From: Clostridia bacterium
GTDB lineage: Bacteria; Bacillota; Clostridia; Christensenellales; Aristaeellaceae
DNA: 64,000 bases
Direction of reading: 5' to 3'
NCBI GenBank assembly: GCA_017448975.1
Contig: JAFSKN010000028.1
Span: 2,035 to 66,034 of the forward strand
In this document: piece by piece, positions 10,258-21,058 of the stretch
How positions within the stretch are numbered: the stretch's first letter is position 1
How the letters are laid out: every line of letters starts with the position of its first letter
Translations under genes and position numbers: made by a program
Notes under the pieces: model-generated
The model's database searches: none
What the model was told of the DNA's origin: nothing
Seen by the model: only the letters and a program-made list of their open reading frames with translations

Positions 10258-10433
10258 CGGATACCACCCCTTCGTAAGATGCGTCCGGCCTTTGGCGGAC
10301 ACGTTCATATTATACATGATTTTCGCGCCGGTGGGAAGAGATCAGGCTTGCATTTTGCACTTTTTGTCAAAAACGCAAAAAATCTGTCAAAGAAAAATCG
10401 TGTTTTCAAGGAATGGGTCGAATTTCGGGCGTT

Positions 10434-11153
10434 TTAGATAAGGAAACCTCCGTTGACCCCCACCGCCTGGCCGGTAATGAAGGATGCTTCCTCCCCGCAG
10501 AGGAAGTATGCGGCCTGGGCCACGTCCCTGGGCGTGCCCAAACGCAGCAGGGGCGTTTCTTCCTTCAGGGCGTCCAAAGCGGCTTCATCGTATTCCCGCA
10601 GCATGTCCGTTTGGATCACGCCGGGGCACAGGCAGTTTACCCGCACGCCGGAGGGGCCCGCCTCCTTGGCAAGCGCTTTGCCAAGCCCGATCAGCGCCGC
10701 CTTGCAGGCGGAATAGGCCGCTTCGCAGGAAGCTCCCGTCTGCCCCCACATGGAGGAAACATACAGGATGCTGCCGCTTTTTTGGGAGATTATGCCCGGC
10801 AGAAAGGCGCGGGTGGCAAGGAACGCGCCCCGCACGTGCACGTTGAACAAATCGTCCCACTGCGCGGCGCTCATGTCCTGCAAAAGCCCGGTATAGGATG
10901 TGCCCGCGTTGCAGATCAGGGCGTCCACATGCCGGAAGGCGCGGAGCACTTCCCCGGCCATCCGCTCGGTTTCCTGTTCGCTGGCCGCGTCGCAGGAGAG
11001 GGCCAGGGCGCCTGTTTCCTTTGCCAGGGCCAGAGCCTGATCCCGGCTTTTTTTGTAGGTAAAGGCCACGCGCCAGCCTTTTTGGGAGAACAGGCGCACC
11101 ATGGCTTCTCCGATCCCACGGGAACCGCCGGTGATCAGAACGGTTTGCGGCAA
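10434..11153 (-). CDS. SDR family oxidoreductase (FabG-like)
   Basis: TGGSRGIG cofactor motif and YSACK catalytic motif. Confidence 0.85.
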   Translation of the reverse strand: MPQTVLITGGSRGIGEAMVRLFSQKGWRVAFTYKKSRDQALALAKETGALALSCDAASEQETERMAGEVLRAFRHVDALICNAGTSYTGLLQDMSAAQWDDLFNVHVRGAFLATRAFLPGIISQKSGSILYVSSMWGQTGASCEAAYSACKAALIGLGKALAKEAGPSGVRVNCLCPGVIQTDMLREYDEAALDALKEETPLLRLGTPRDVAQAAYFLCGEEASFITGQAVGVNGGFLI

Positions 11154-11478
11154 AACGGCATCCCCCCTTTTTCAATGAAAAAACGGGCCTGTCCCTTGGA
11201 GAGGACGCGCCCGTTTCCACAAAAAGCCGGAGGCCATACAGCCCCAGCGCTTCGCTTTTTCACTTTTTCTGATCCTGCGGCTGACGCGCGTATACGGAAA
11301 AGACACGGCGAGAACCTCCTTCCCAAAGGGCGGAACAGATACAAAATGATTATATCATAAAGATACCCAAATTGTAAATCCTTTATAAAAATGTTGTTCT
11401 CGGCAGGATTTTACCGTTTTGTTGCGAAATAATAAAAGAATTGTGTCTTTTCATGGGACGCAGCCAGGAGGGTGAACG

Positions 11479-13269
11479 ATGAAGTGTCCGAAATGCGGTT
11501 ATTGGAACCGCGATTCATTTCCCAAGTGCTTCCGCTGCGGAGAGGAGCTTAAAAAACCCGAGGCGCCCGTTCATACCCGCGTAAAGCCCGAAATGCCCAA
11601 GGACGGCGCGCCGAAAACCTATATCCAGATCAACGATATGGGGAAGGCCACTTCCGCCGTGGACAGCCGGGATCAATTGGCGCGGGAAATGGAAGATTTG
11701 CTGGCCCGCAAAAAACGGGGCGAAGCGGAACAGCGGCAATTAAGGGAAAACAGCGCCAAGCAGGGTTTTCATCCTTCCGCCCGCATCGCCCAAACCATGA
11801 CGGGGCGACGGACTTTTCCCGTTCCCCAGAACACCTCCTATATCGGCGAGAACAACGAGGTGGAGGGCAACGTGCGCCCGGACGCCATTCCCGTTGCCCC
11901 CCGACACGTGATCGGCTATGACGAGGAAGTGTTCCCAGAACCCGCGGCGGGCTATGGGCAAAGCGCGGACGGACGGCGGCGGGGCAAGCGGATCAAAATA
12001 TACCGCCGCAGTTTTCTTCGGCGCTACGGCAAAATGATCGCCGCCCTGCTGGTGATCGCGGCCCTGGGAGCGGCGGGCTACGAATACTGGTACAAGCCGT
12101 ACACGGAAAAACAGAAAGCGGATGCCCGGGTAAGCTATGGAGAACCCATGCCTTGCATCTACAATGATAGGCCCGCCCACATGATCCAACTGCCGGGAAA
12201 AGACGGCGATTCTTATTGGATCACGGAACTGAAAAAATCCTTTACTGTGACCGGCGGTTTAGCTACCATTCAAGTGGAGGACTATAAATGGTACGAACAT
12301 TTGGAAAACATCTCGGAAGAAACCGTGATCGCTACCATGACCCCTTATCTGGTCACTGCCGCGGGGGAACGGAAGCGCATGGCGCAGATCAGCTTTCCGG
12401 TGGACGTGCTTGAATCCAAGCTGGAACTGGTAACGCCTTCCACCCTCACCACCACCACTTATCGCCAGCTGTATGAAATTCAGGTGCGCGTGGACATAGG
12501 CAGCACGGTCACCGTCAACGGCCAGGATTACAGCCCGCTGGTGAATGCCGACGGATTGCTGACCTTCCAAGCCCAAATCAACCCCATTGGGGATAATACC
12601 TTCGTCATTACAACCCGCGCCCAGTATTGCCGGGAGAAATCGGAAACCATCATCATAAACCGGCCGAAGCAGGAAATCCACCTGGATTTAGCGGTGGATA
12701 TCGCCACCCGGTATTCTTCCCAGACCATGAAAATCACCGGCACAACCGTCACCTGGGCCACGATTTCCATTGAATCGCCTTATCAGAATCTGGATACCTC
12801 GGAGCTGGAAACCAAGGGCACCTTCTCCTTTGAGGCGGTATTCAACAAGATCGGCACAAACACCATCAAAATCATCGCTTCCGACGGGATCCATACGCCC
12901 ACCACCGTGGAACACGATGTGTATTACGTGCCCGTCGCCGACGTGTACACCCGCAAGGCGTGGAGCATGAAGGATCAGTACACCGATTACCTGAACAACG
13001 CGGAAAAGCGCATCATGAACACCCAAATCTACCAGTGCGACGGCACCATCGTGGAGATCATTTCAAAAAATCCCCAAATGGCCGTAATGGAGCTGAGCGG
13101 CACATCGGGCCGCAAGCTGCTGCTCACCAACAACACCTACGATACCTGGGAGAAGGATTCCGTGTACCGCATTTTCGGGGACGCCTACGGTCTGTACGAC
13201 GGCGCGCCCTGGCTGAACGCCCGGTACAGCTATATCCAGCGGCCCAAGGAAGAAACAGCAAAAGAATAA
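11479..13269 (+). CDS. zinc-ribbon membrane protein, function unknown
   Basis: N-terminal CPKCGY..CFRCG ribbon, one TM segment (MIAALLVIAALGAAGY) and a large extracytoplasmic domain. Confidence 0.5.
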   Translation: MKCPKCGYWNRDSFPKCFRCGEELKKPEAPVHTRVKPEMPKDGAPKTYIQINDMGKATSAVDSRDQLAREMEDLLARKKRGEAEQRQLRENSAKQGFHPSARIAQTMTGRRTFPVPQNTSYIGENNEVEGNVRPDAIPVAPRHVIGYDEEVFPEPAAGYGQSADGRRRGKRIKIYRRSFLRRYGKMIAALLVIAALGAAGYEYWYKPYTEKQKADARVSYGEPMPCIYNDRPAHMIQLPGKDGDSYWITELKKSFTVTGGLATIQVEDYKWYEHLENISEETVIATMTPYLVTAAGERKRMAQISFPVDVLESKLELVTPSTLTTTTYRQLYEIQVRVDIGSTVTVNGQDYSPLVNADGLLTFQAQINPIGDNTFVITTRAQYCREKSETIIINRPKQEIHLDLAVDIATRYSSQTMKITGTTVTWATISIESPYQNLDTSELETKGTFSFEAVFNKIGTNTIKIIASDGIHTPTTVEHDVYYVPVADVYTRKAWSMKDQYTDYLNNAEKRIMNTQIYQCDGTIVEIISKNPQMAVMELSGTSGRKLLLTNNTYDTWEKDSVYRIFGDAYGLYDGAPWLNARYSYIQRPKEETAKE

Positions 13270-13289
13270 TCAGTCAACCGCTTTTGAGA

Positions 13290-13407
13290 GCAAAAAGAGT
13301 TCAGAGTACAGAGTTCAGAGTGCAGTTTTATATAGTTATGCTGTCGGAATCCGGCATGCGATGACTAAATAATCTGAACTCTAAACTCTGTACTCTGAAC
13401 TCTTTGC
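13290..13407. repeat. heptad-armed inverted repeat element, copy 2
   Basis: Arms of about 34 bp (AGAGTTC/AGAGTAC heptads; 13290-13325 versus 13373-13407) flank a 47-nt AT-rich core. Confidence 0.75.
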
Positions 13408-13416
13408 TATCAAGCG

Positions 13417-15156
13417 TCAGAGTCTTTTCATGGCGGCGATTTCGCCTTCCGTGGCGGAAACCATGACGGTTTTCTGGTTGGTATAGATCACGAAGCCCGC
13501 GGGGGAGCCGCCGGGCTTTTTCACGTTTTTGCGCAGGGTGTAGTCCACAGGCACCGCCGCGCCCTTGCCCCTGGAATACCACGCGGCGAGGCGCAGGGCC
13601 ATCCCCAAAGTATCGGGGGCGGGATGCTCGGCTTTCACGATCACATGGGAGCCGGGCATGTCCTTGGCGTGAAGCCAGGTATCGTTTCCCCTCGCGCTGC
13701 CTGTGACCCGGTCGTTCTGGGCGCTGTTTTTGCCCACGATGATTTCCGTGCCGTCCGGGGCCTCAAAGCGCAGGGGCGCGCTTTCGGGCTGCTTCGGTTT
13801 CTTTTTGCCGCCTTTTCCGGCGCCGGCGGGCTTCACGATGCCCCCGTCCTCCAGGGCTTTGCGCACGTCGGCCATGTCCTGCTCGGTTTCGCTTTCCTCC
13901 AGGTCAAAGAGAGCCTGCTCCAGCAGCGCCATTTCTTTCAGGGTCTTTTCTTTCTGTTCCTTGGCTAAATCCTGGGCGACGCGGGCTTTGCGGTAGCGCT
14001 TGAAATACTTCTGGGCGTTCTGGGCGGGATTCAGGGCTACGTCCAGGGCAATTTCCATGGTGCCGCCCTGGGGATCATAGAAATTGGGAAGCTCGATCGT
14101 TTCCGCGCCCCGGGGCACCAAATAGCCTTGGGCGGTGAGCAATTCGCCCGCGATGCGGTATTCCTCCATCTTGGCGCTGGCGGTCAATTCTTCCTCCTGA
14201 AGGGCCAGCTTCTTTTCGTCCCGCTCCAAATGGGTTTTGATGAGCCGCTTTAAGGATTGGCTTTTCTGGTTCATCCGATCCCGCCGGTCCCGGCCAAAAT
14301 AGAACGCGTCCAGGGCGGCGGACAGGGTGGGACAGGGCTTTTGCAGATCGGGGTTCAGGCTCAGATAGGGGAAGGGCAGCACGTCCGCCATCAGGCCGTC
14401 CGGCCCCATCTGGGCGGTGGGCTTTGCGATTTCAGGCAGCCTCCGGAAAAAGGCGCACACCACCTGTGCCAGAGAAGCAAGGTTCAGATCCGCCAAATCC
14501 GTCCGGTGCATGCCCGTAGCCCGGAAAGCGATTTCCCGGGCGGCCACGGGGGAAAGGCCCCGGATGGACGCGGCCAGGGCCTTGTCCAGGGGACCGGCCA
14601 AAGCGGTCAGCTTGTCCGAAAGGGCTTCTTCCGTCAGCTCCGCCGGGTCGATCTTATCCTGGGCGGGAGGCGGCACGAAGGGCAGCCCCGGCAGGGCCTG
14701 GCGCACCCGGCTCATGTCCCCGGACACGTGGCGGATGGCGTCGATGATGCGGCCGTCCTTCACCAGTGTCAGGTTGCTGTGGCGGCCCATCAATTCCAAA
14801 TACAGTTCACGGGGCGCGGTGTCGCCCAGTTCGTCCTTGCTTTCCACGGTGATTTTCAGCACCCGGTCGCCGCCGAGCTGTTCCAGTCCGGTGATACGGC
14901 CCGCCTGCAAATGCTTGCGCATGAGCATGCAGAACATGGGCGCGTCGGCGGGGTTCTGGTAGGAAGCGTTCGTCAAATGCGCCCGGGCGAAGGAGGGCGC
15001 GGCGGACAAAAGCAGCTTATGGTTTTTCCCCTGGGCGTGGATCAAAAGCACCAGCATGTCCTTTTCGGGCTGGTTCACCTTTTCGATTTTCCCGCCGTTC
15101 AGCGTTTCCTTGAGTTCCCGGGCCATAAAGCCCAGGGTCAGGCCGTCCATTGGCAT
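13417..15156 (-). CDS. rqcH: NFACT-family ribosome quality control protein (RqcH/FbpA-like)
   Basis: 579 aa with an N-terminal NFACT-N region (MPMDGLTLGFMARELKE..), coiled coil, and C-terminal WLHAKDMPGSHVIV. Confidence 0.85.
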   Translation of the reverse strand: MPMDGLTLGFMARELKETLNGGKIEKVNQPEKDMLVLLIHAQGKNHKLLLSAAPSFARAHLTNASYQNPADAPMFCMLMRKHLQAGRITGLEQLGGDRVLKITVESKDELGDTAPRELYLELMGRHSNLTLVKDGRIIDAIRHVSGDMSRVRQALPGLPFVPPPAQDKIDPAELTEEALSDKLTALAGPLDKALAASIRGLSPVAAREIAFRATGMHRTDLADLNLASLAQVVCAFFRRLPEIAKPTAQMGPDGLMADVLPFPYLSLNPDLQKPCPTLSAALDAFYFGRDRRDRMNQKSQSLKRLIKTHLERDEKKLALQEEELTASAKMEEYRIAGELLTAQGYLVPRGAETIELPNFYDPQGGTMEIALDVALNPAQNAQKYFKRYRKARVAQDLAKEQKEKTLKEMALLEQALFDLEESETEQDMADVRKALEDGGIVKPAGAGKGGKKKPKQPESAPLRFEAPDGTEIIVGKNSAQNDRVTGSARGNDTWLHAKDMPGSHVIVKAEHPAPDTLGMALRLAAWYSRGKGAAVPVDYTLRKNVKKPGGSPAGFVIYTNQKTVMVSATEGEIAAMKRL

Positions 15157-15174
15157 ATAATCGATTCTCCTTGG

Positions 15175-15987
15175 TTATTCTTTGTACACTTTGGCGTACA
15201 CGATGGCAAGCCCCGCGCCGCCAAGGATGTTGCCCAGGGTGACGGGCAGCAGGTTGTTCAGCAGAAAAGAAACCCAGCTTACGTTTTCCGCGAAGCCCTC
15301 CGGCAGCGCGGTCACGTTATAGCGGTACAGGATAAACGAGCTTTCCCAGGTATTCCGAATGGTGATCCCCAGTGGCACGTAATACATATTGGCCACGGAG
15401 TGTTCAAAGCCGCAGAGCACGAACAGCATCACCGGGAAAAAGCAGCAAACCGCTTTTCCTGCCGCGTTATCAGCGCCGGAAGCCATCCAGACCGCGCCGC
15501 ACACCAGGATATTGCAGCCGATGCCGCGAAGCAGCGCCGCGTCGAAGGGCAGGGAGCATTTGTTCACGGCGGCGGTCATGACGGCGGACAGCAGATCGGC
15601 GTTCCACAAAAAGCCGCTGGCGCACACCAAACGGGCCATGAAATACGACCCCGCGAAGTTGCCCAAATAGACGAACAGCCAGTTTCGCAGCAGGCCTGTT
15701 CCCTTGATTTTTCTGTTGGTCAAGGGCCCGGCCATGAGGCAGTTGCCGGTGAACAGCTCCGCCCCGGCCATCACCACCAAGATCAGCCCCGCAGGGAACA
15801 CGCAGGCCCCGGCCAGCTTGCCCAGGCCTCCGCCGATGGCCGTCTGGGCGACGGTGCTGCCCAGCGCGCCGAAGGCGATGAACATACCTGCCAGTATGCC
15901 CAGCAGCAGGCATTTCACGATGGAAAGGGAGGCTTTCCCTTGGGCGATCCCTTCCCACTTTTTAGCGATTTCCTTGGATGAAAGCAT
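15175..15987 (-). CDS. formate/nitrite transporter family protein
   Basis: 270-aa polytopic membrane protein with FNT-like motifs (GAELFTGN, GFEHSVANM). Confidence 0.85.
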   Translation of the reverse strand: MLSSKEIAKKWEGIAQGKASLSIVKCLLLGILAGMFIAFGALGSTVAQTAIGGGLGKLAGACVFPAGLILVVMAGAELFTGNCLMAGPLTNRKIKGTGLLRNWLFVYLGNFAGSYFMARLVCASGFLWNADLLSAVMTAAVNKCSLPFDAALLRGIGCNILVCGAVWMASGADNAAGKAVCCFFPVMLFVLCGFEHSVANMYYVPLGITIRNTWESSFILYRYNVTALPEGFAENVSWVSFLLNNLLPVTLGNILGGAGLAIVYAKVYKE

Positions 15988-16012
15988 GATTTTTCCTCCC
16001 GCTTGTATGCTT

Positions 16013-16894
16013 TTACAGGATGCCTTCCTGAATGAAGCTGCTCTGTCCCACCGCTTCCCGCCAGGCGTCTAAAAATGCCTGCATGGAAGGATAGCGATCG
16101 TCCTTGCTTTCGGACACGGCTTTCCGGGCCACCTCCCACAGGCGGCCGGGGGCGTTCCAGGCCTGACGGCTGCGGTTGCCCCGGACGCTGTAAAACGTGA
16201 AGGCAAGGGCAGCCATGTTGTATTCCGTGGTAGTTTCATCCAGCACCGCGCCCAGCTCGTATTCTTCCGGGGCCATGAAACGGGAAGAACCCCACATGCG
16301 GCCCCGGTCGTTAAAGGCGGGCTTGTGGCGATACAGGTCAATATCGCAAACGAGGGCTTCATCCCGATCAAAATCGATCAGCACATTGCCGTCGTAAAAA
16401 TCCACGGCCACAATGCCGTCCTGGGCAAGATTCAAGTGCAGATCGAACACGCTGTCCAGCATGCGCAGGGTCTTTTCCAGGGGCAGACGGCGCAGCCGGT
16501 TCATGGCGGAAGGCCCGCTGGCGGCGCGCAGCGGCAGGGCGTCGCGCCAGGCGAAAATGGCGGCGTATCCGTCCCCTGCCGGGCCGTGGGCAAGGAGCTT
16601 GGTCAGGGCGGGATGCTGCCGGTCATACAGGGGCATGGCGTCCTTCAGCGCCGCCACGGCGTTTTCGGGCTTGCCTCGGTAATTGACCGGCCGCGCCCCG
16701 GCGAATTTGATGAACAGCCTGCCAAAGCGCCCCTCCACGCCGAAGCACAGATTGCCGGAATTCTGCTGATCAAACACCCGGAACACCGTGCCGTAAGGGC
16801 GCAGCCAGCTTAGGTCCGGCTCTTCCAGGGCCAAATAGGGAACGCCGCCGATCTGATATTCGTTCCCGATGTTTTCCATTTCCCGATCCCGCAT
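16013..16894 (-). CDS. protein kinase-like / phosphotransferase family protein
   Basis: Start at MRDREME behind AAAGGAGGGAG. Kinase-like catalytic region (VAVDFYDGNVLIDF.., DIDLY). Confidence 0.5.
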   Translation of the reverse strand: MRDREMENIGNEYQIGGVPYLALEEPDLSWLRPYGTVFRVFDQQNSGNLCFGVEGRFGRLFIKFAGARPVNYRGKPENAVAALKDAMPLYDRQHPALTKLLAHGPAGDGYAAIFAWRDALPLRAASGPSAMNRLRRLPLEKTLRMLDSVFDLHLNLAQDGIVAVDFYDGNVLIDFDRDEALVCDIDLYRHKPAFNDRGRMWGSSRFMAPEEYELGAVLDETTTEYNMAALAFTFYSVRGNRSRQAWNAPGRLWEVARKAVSESKDDRYPSMQAFLDAWREAVGQSSFIQEGIL

Positions 16895-16982
16895 GGCGCT
16901 CCCTCCTTTGTAGGCTTTCATTATACAACAAAATCCTTTTTCCGCATAGTGTGCGAAGATGAATATTTCTTTGCGTAATTTT

Positions 16983-17011
16983 TTGCATTTTGGCGTCGGA
17001 TATGGTATAAT
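16983..17011 (+). promoter_or_regulatory. sigma-70 promoter TTGCAT-17-TATAAT
   Basis: Read directly, upstream of dxs. Confidence 0.6.
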
Positions 17012-17043
17012 TTTTCCGGTAACAAGCTGGAAGGGGACCATGC

Positions 17044-18900
17044 ATGAATCTTTCAGAGATCACATCGCCCAAAGCGATCAAAAATATGTCCGAAACCGAG
17101 CTTCAAACGCTGGCTCAGGAAATCCGGGAAAAGATCATTCGCACGGTGGCGCTCAACGGCGGCCATCTGGCTTCCAACATGGGGGCGGTGGAACTGACCA
17201 TTGCCCTGCACCGCGCCCTGGACTGCCCGAAGGACAAGCTGGTTTTCGACGTAGGGCACCAATGCTATACCCATAAGATCCTTACGGGCCGCATCGACCG
17301 CTTTTCCACCCTGCGGAAAACGGACGGCATCTGCGGTTTTCCCCGGCGGGATGAAAGCCCCTACGACGCTTTCGATACCGGCCACGCCTCCACCGCCATT
17401 TCCGCCGCCTTGGGCATGGCCCGGGCGCGGGATATGAAGGGTGAAAAATGGCATGTGGCTGCCGTAGTGGGGGACGGGGCCATGACGGGCGGCATGTGCT
17501 ACGAAGCACTCAACGACGCGGGCAGCAGCCAGATCCCCATGATGGTGGTGCTTAACGACAACGGCATGTCCATTTCCCGCAACGTGGGGGCGCTTTCCGG
17601 CCAGCTTACCAAATTGCGCGTCAGCCGGGGCTGGCTGGGGGCCAAGAAAAAGATTTCCGAGGCCCTCCGGCATATCCCTCTGGCGGGACCCCATCTGCAA
17701 AACGTGTTTCAGCGCTTCAAGGATCACGTGCGCAACGTGCTGGTGAAGGATCGGTTCTTCACCGCTTTGGGTTTTCGGTATTTCGGCCCCATCGACGGTC
17801 ACGACATCGCCGGAATGGAACGGGTGTTCCGCCGCTGCTTAGAAATCGACGAGCCTGTGCTGGTGCATGTGGTCACGAAAAAGGGCTTAGGCTTTACCCA
17901 GGCCGAGGAAAAACCGGAAAAATATCACGGCGTCGCGCCCTTTGAACTGGAAAACGGCAAGAACCGTGGTTCGGAAGGGCCCTCCATGGGCAAGCGCGCC
18001 GGTGCCTTCGTGACGGAATTGGCGGAAAAGGACAAAAAAATCTGCGTGATCACCGCCGCCATGACGGACAGCGCCGGCTTTGGGGAATTTGCCAAGCGCT
18101 ATCCCGCCCGGCTGTACGACGTGGGCATCGCCGAGGAGCACGCCGTCACCATGGCCGCCGGGATGGCCGCCGCCGGGATGCGGCCTTTCGTGGCGATTTA
18201 CGAAACGTTTCTCCAGCGGGCCTACGACCAGATGATGGAGGACGTGTGTTTGCAGCGCCTGCCGGTGTGCTTCCTCATGGACCGGGCGGGCTTGGGCGCG
18301 GAGGACGGCTCCACCCACCACGGCATTTACGGCATATCGATGCTGCGCACCCTGCCCCATATGACCGTGCTGTGCCCCCGGTGCGAGGAAGAATTGAGGG
18401 GGATGATCGCGTGGGCGCTTTCCCAGGACGGCCCCGTGGCGATCCGCTATCCCCGGAGCATCCCGGACATGGCGGCGCCGGCGTGTAAAGGCTATTTTCC
18501 CGGAAAATGGGAAACCCTGCGGCAGGGGGAACACGCCTGCCTGTTGGCTTGCTCCTTCATCCTGCGGGAGTGCTTAGCTGCCGCCGACCTGCTGGAAAAG
18601 GAAGGAATCCGCGCGGCGGTGGTCAACGCCTCCGCCCTGCGGCCCCTGGATGAAGAAATGCTGAAGCGGCTTTCCGAAAAGGGCACGCCGATCATCACGG
18701 TGGAGGAACATGCCGCGTCAGGCGGATTTGGCCAGGCCGTGGCAGCCTGGTGCGCGGGGCGTCATTTTTCCGGCCCTGCGGCCATGATCGCCCTGCCGGA
18801 CGACTTTATCCCCCACGGCAGCCGGTGCGTGCTGCTTTCGCGCTATGGCCTGGACGGGGCGAGTATCGCGGCACGGGTAAGGGAGGCCATACAGGGATGA
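17044..18900 (+). CDS. dxs: 1-deoxy-D-xylulose-5-phosphate synthase
   Basis: 618 aa with TPP motif GDGAMTGGM and a conserved DXS N-terminus (GGHLASNMGAVELT). Confidence 0.95.
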   Translation: MNLSEITSPKAIKNMSETELQTLAQEIREKIIRTVALNGGHLASNMGAVELTIALHRALDCPKDKLVFDVGHQCYTHKILTGRIDRFSTLRKTDGICGFPRRDESPYDAFDTGHASTAISAALGMARARDMKGEKWHVAAVVGDGAMTGGMCYEALNDAGSSQIPMMVVLNDNGMSISRNVGALSGQLTKLRVSRGWLGAKKKISEALRHIPLAGPHLQNVFQRFKDHVRNVLVKDRFFTALGFRYFGPIDGHDIAGMERVFRRCLEIDEPVLVHVVTKKGLGFTQAEEKPEKYHGVAPFELENGKNRGSEGPSMGKRAGAFVTELAEKDKKICVITAAMTDSAGFGEFAKRYPARLYDVGIAEEHAVTMAAGMAAAGMRPFVAIYETFLQRAYDQMMEDVCLQRLPVCFLMDRAGLGAEDGSTHHGIYGISMLRTLPHMTVLCPRCEEELRGMIAWALSQDGPVAIRYPRSIPDMAAPACKGYFPGKWETLRQGEHACLLACSFILRECLAAADLLEKEGIRAAVVNASALRPLDEEMLKRLSEKGTPIITVEEHAASGGFGQAVAAWCAGRHFSGPAAMIALPDDFIPHGSRCVLLSRYGLDGASIAARVREAIQG

Positions 18901-19694
18901 AACAGCGGGCGGACGTTTGGCTGACCGTACGGGGCATGGCGGAAAGCCGGGAAAAGGCTCAGGCCCTCATTATGGCCGGGCAGGTATACGTGGGGGAAAA
19001 GAAGGTGCTGAAAGCCTCCGAGCAGGTGGAGGAGGACGCGCCGCTGCACGTGCGCGGCGAACAGAACCAGTTCGCCAGCCGAGGCGGCCATAAGCTGGAA
19101 AAGGCCATCACCGCTTTCGGGGCGGACGTTTCCGGCAAGGTTTCTATGGACATCGGCGCGGCTGCCGGCGGTTTTACGGACGTGCTGCTGCGCCACGGGG
19201 CAAAGCACGTGTACGCCATCGACGTGGGCTACGGTCAATTGGACTGGCGGCTGCGCAACGACGGGCGCGTCACCGTCATGGAGCGCACCAACGCAAGGAC
19301 CCTCACCTTGGAGCAGTTCCCCCTGCGGCCTGATTTGACGGTGATGGACGTTTCTTTTATTTCCATTCGCCTCATTCTGCCGGTGGCCGCCGCCATCATG
19401 GGGGAGAAGGGCCGGTTCCTCACCCTCATCAAGCCCCAGTTCGAGGCGGGCAAGGGGCAGGTGGGCAAAAACGGCGTGGTGCGGGAAAAGGAAATCCATG
19501 AACGGGTGCTGGAGGAAATCTGCGCGTTTGCCCCGTCATTCGGCTGGCACATCGAAAATCTCACCTTTTCGCCCATCAAGGGCCCGGCGGGCAACATCGA
19601 ATTCCTGGCGGATATCCGTCCCGACGAAGGAAACGCCCCCTCCATGGAGCAGATTTCCGCACTGGTGGCAGAAGCGCATCGGGAACTGAAGTAA
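18897..19694 (+). CDS. tlyA: TlyA family rRNA 2'-O-methyltransferase
   Basis: ATGA overlap with the dxs stop. S4 domain (RADVWLTVRGMAESREKAQ) and SAM motif DIGAAAGGFTD. Confidence 0.85.
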   Translation: MKQRADVWLTVRGMAESREKAQALIMAGQVYVGEKKVLKASEQVEEDAPLHVRGEQNQFASRGGHKLEKAITAFGADVSGKVSMDIGAAAGGFTDVLLRHGAKHVYAIDVGYGQLDWRLRNDGRVTVMERTNARTLTLEQFPLRPDLTVMDVSFISIRLILPVAAAIMGEKGRFLTLIKPQFEAGKGQVGKNGVVREKEIHERVLEEICAFAPSFGWHIENLTFSPIKGPAGNIEFLADIRPDEGNAPSMEQISALVAEAHRELK

Positions 19695-19783
19695 AAAGAG
19701 AGGAGCGGAGAGTTGAGATTTATAGAGTCGGCCCAATATGTGTAAGACATTATATCATCTTCACTCTCCACTCTCACTTCAAG
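19695..19783. repeat. heptad-armed inverted repeat element, copy 3 (shorter, degenerate)
   Basis: GGAGCGGAGAGTTGAGAT .. ATCTTCACTCTCCACTCTC around a 37-nt AT-rich core. Confidence 0.55.
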
Positions 19784-19930
19784 TTTCTTCAAGCTGATTT
19801 GGCCGTCCATCTGCGAAAATCTGTTTTTTTCCCGCTGGGGGCTGGTCAAAAAAAGAAAGATCGTGTATAATAGGTGTTGGAATAAAAGGGGTTGGAAAAA
19901 AAGCCCTTTTGATGAAGGAGGATGATTCCT

Positions 19931-20896
19931 ATGGCTCTGGTTACTTCCAAGGAAATGTTCAAGAAGGCTTATGAAGGCGGCTACGCCATCGGCGCGTTCA
20001 ACGTGAACAACATGGAGATCGTGCAGGGCATCACCGAAGCGGCCAAGATGGAAAACGCTCCCGTGATTCTGCAGGTGAGCAAGGGCGCCCGCGCCTACGC
20101 CAACCACACCTACCTGGTGAAGCTGGTGGAAGCGGCGGTCAAGGAAACCGATCTGCCCATCGTGCTGCATCTGGATCACGGCCCCGACTTTGAAACCTGC
20201 AAGAGCTGCATCGACGGCGGCTTCACCTCTGTTATGATCGACAAGAGCGGCCTGCCCTTTGAAGAAAACATCAAGGAAACCCGCCGCGTGGTGGAATACG
20301 CCCATGACCACGGCGTGGTCGTGGAAGCCGAATTGGGCACCCTGGCCGGCGTGGAGGACGACGTGAAGGTCTCCGCCGAGGATTCCAGCTACACCCATCC
20401 CGAAGAAGTGGAAGAATTCGTGAACCGCACCGGCTGCGACTCCCTGGCCATCGCCATCGGCACCAGCCACGGCGCGTACAAGTTCACCCCCGCCCAGTGC
20501 ACCCGCAACGCCGACGGCATCCTGGTGCCCCCGCCCCTGCGCTTTGACGTGCTGGAAGAAGTGAGCAAGCGTCTGCCCGGCTTCCCCATCGTGCTGCACG
20601 GTTCCTCCTCCGTGCCCCAGGAATTCGTGAAGATCATCAACGAATACGGCGGCAAAATGCCTGACGCCGTAGGCATCCCCGAGGAACAGCTCCGCAAGGC
20701 CGCTTCCCTGTCCGTTTGCAAGATCAACATCGACAGCGACCTGCGTCTGGCCTTCACCGCCATGATCCGCAAGCACTTCGCCGAGCATCCCGATCACTTT
20801 GATCCCCGTCAGTACCTCACCGACGCCCGCGCCGCGCTGCGCGACATGGTGCGCCACAAGATCGTGGACGTGCTGGGCTGCAACGGCAAAGCCTAA
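19931..20896 (+). CDS. fba: class II fructose-1,6-bisphosphate aldolase
   Basis: Class II FBA motifs (LHLDHG, AIGTSHGAYKF). Start chosen 9 nt after GAAGGAGG. Confidence 0.9.
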   Translation: MALVTSKEMFKKAYEGGYAIGAFNVNNMEIVQGITEAAKMENAPVILQVSKGARAYANHTYLVKLVEAAVKETDLPIVLHLDHGPDFETCKSCIDGGFTSVMIDKSGLPFEENIKETRRVVEYAHDHGVVVEAELGTLAGVEDDVKVSAEDSSYTHPEEVEEFVNRTGCDSLAIAIGTSHGAYKFTPAQCTRNADGILVPPPLRFDVLEEVSKRLPGFPIVLHGSSSVPQEFVKIINEYGGKMPDAVGIPEEQLRKAASLSVCKINIDSDLRLAFTAMIRKHFAEHPDHFDPRQYLTDARAALRDMVRHKIVDVLGCNGKA

Positions 20897-20915
20897 TTGA
20901 TCATCATTCCTTGGA

Positions 20916-20945
20916 GCGGGCCGCAAAGCGCGGCCCGCGCTTTTT
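20916..20945 (+). terminator. rho-independent terminator after fba
   Basis: GCGGGCCGC/GCGGCCCGC stem followed by a T-run. Confidence 0.65.
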
Positions 20946-21058
20946 GCACCCGGTCCTATTGGCCGAACGAAGAATTTTTCTTTAGGTTTTGTCTTTACAA
21001 ACAGGGGAAAATAAGATAAAGTTATGTCTGTTAATCGCGACGAAAGAGGGAAGCAACG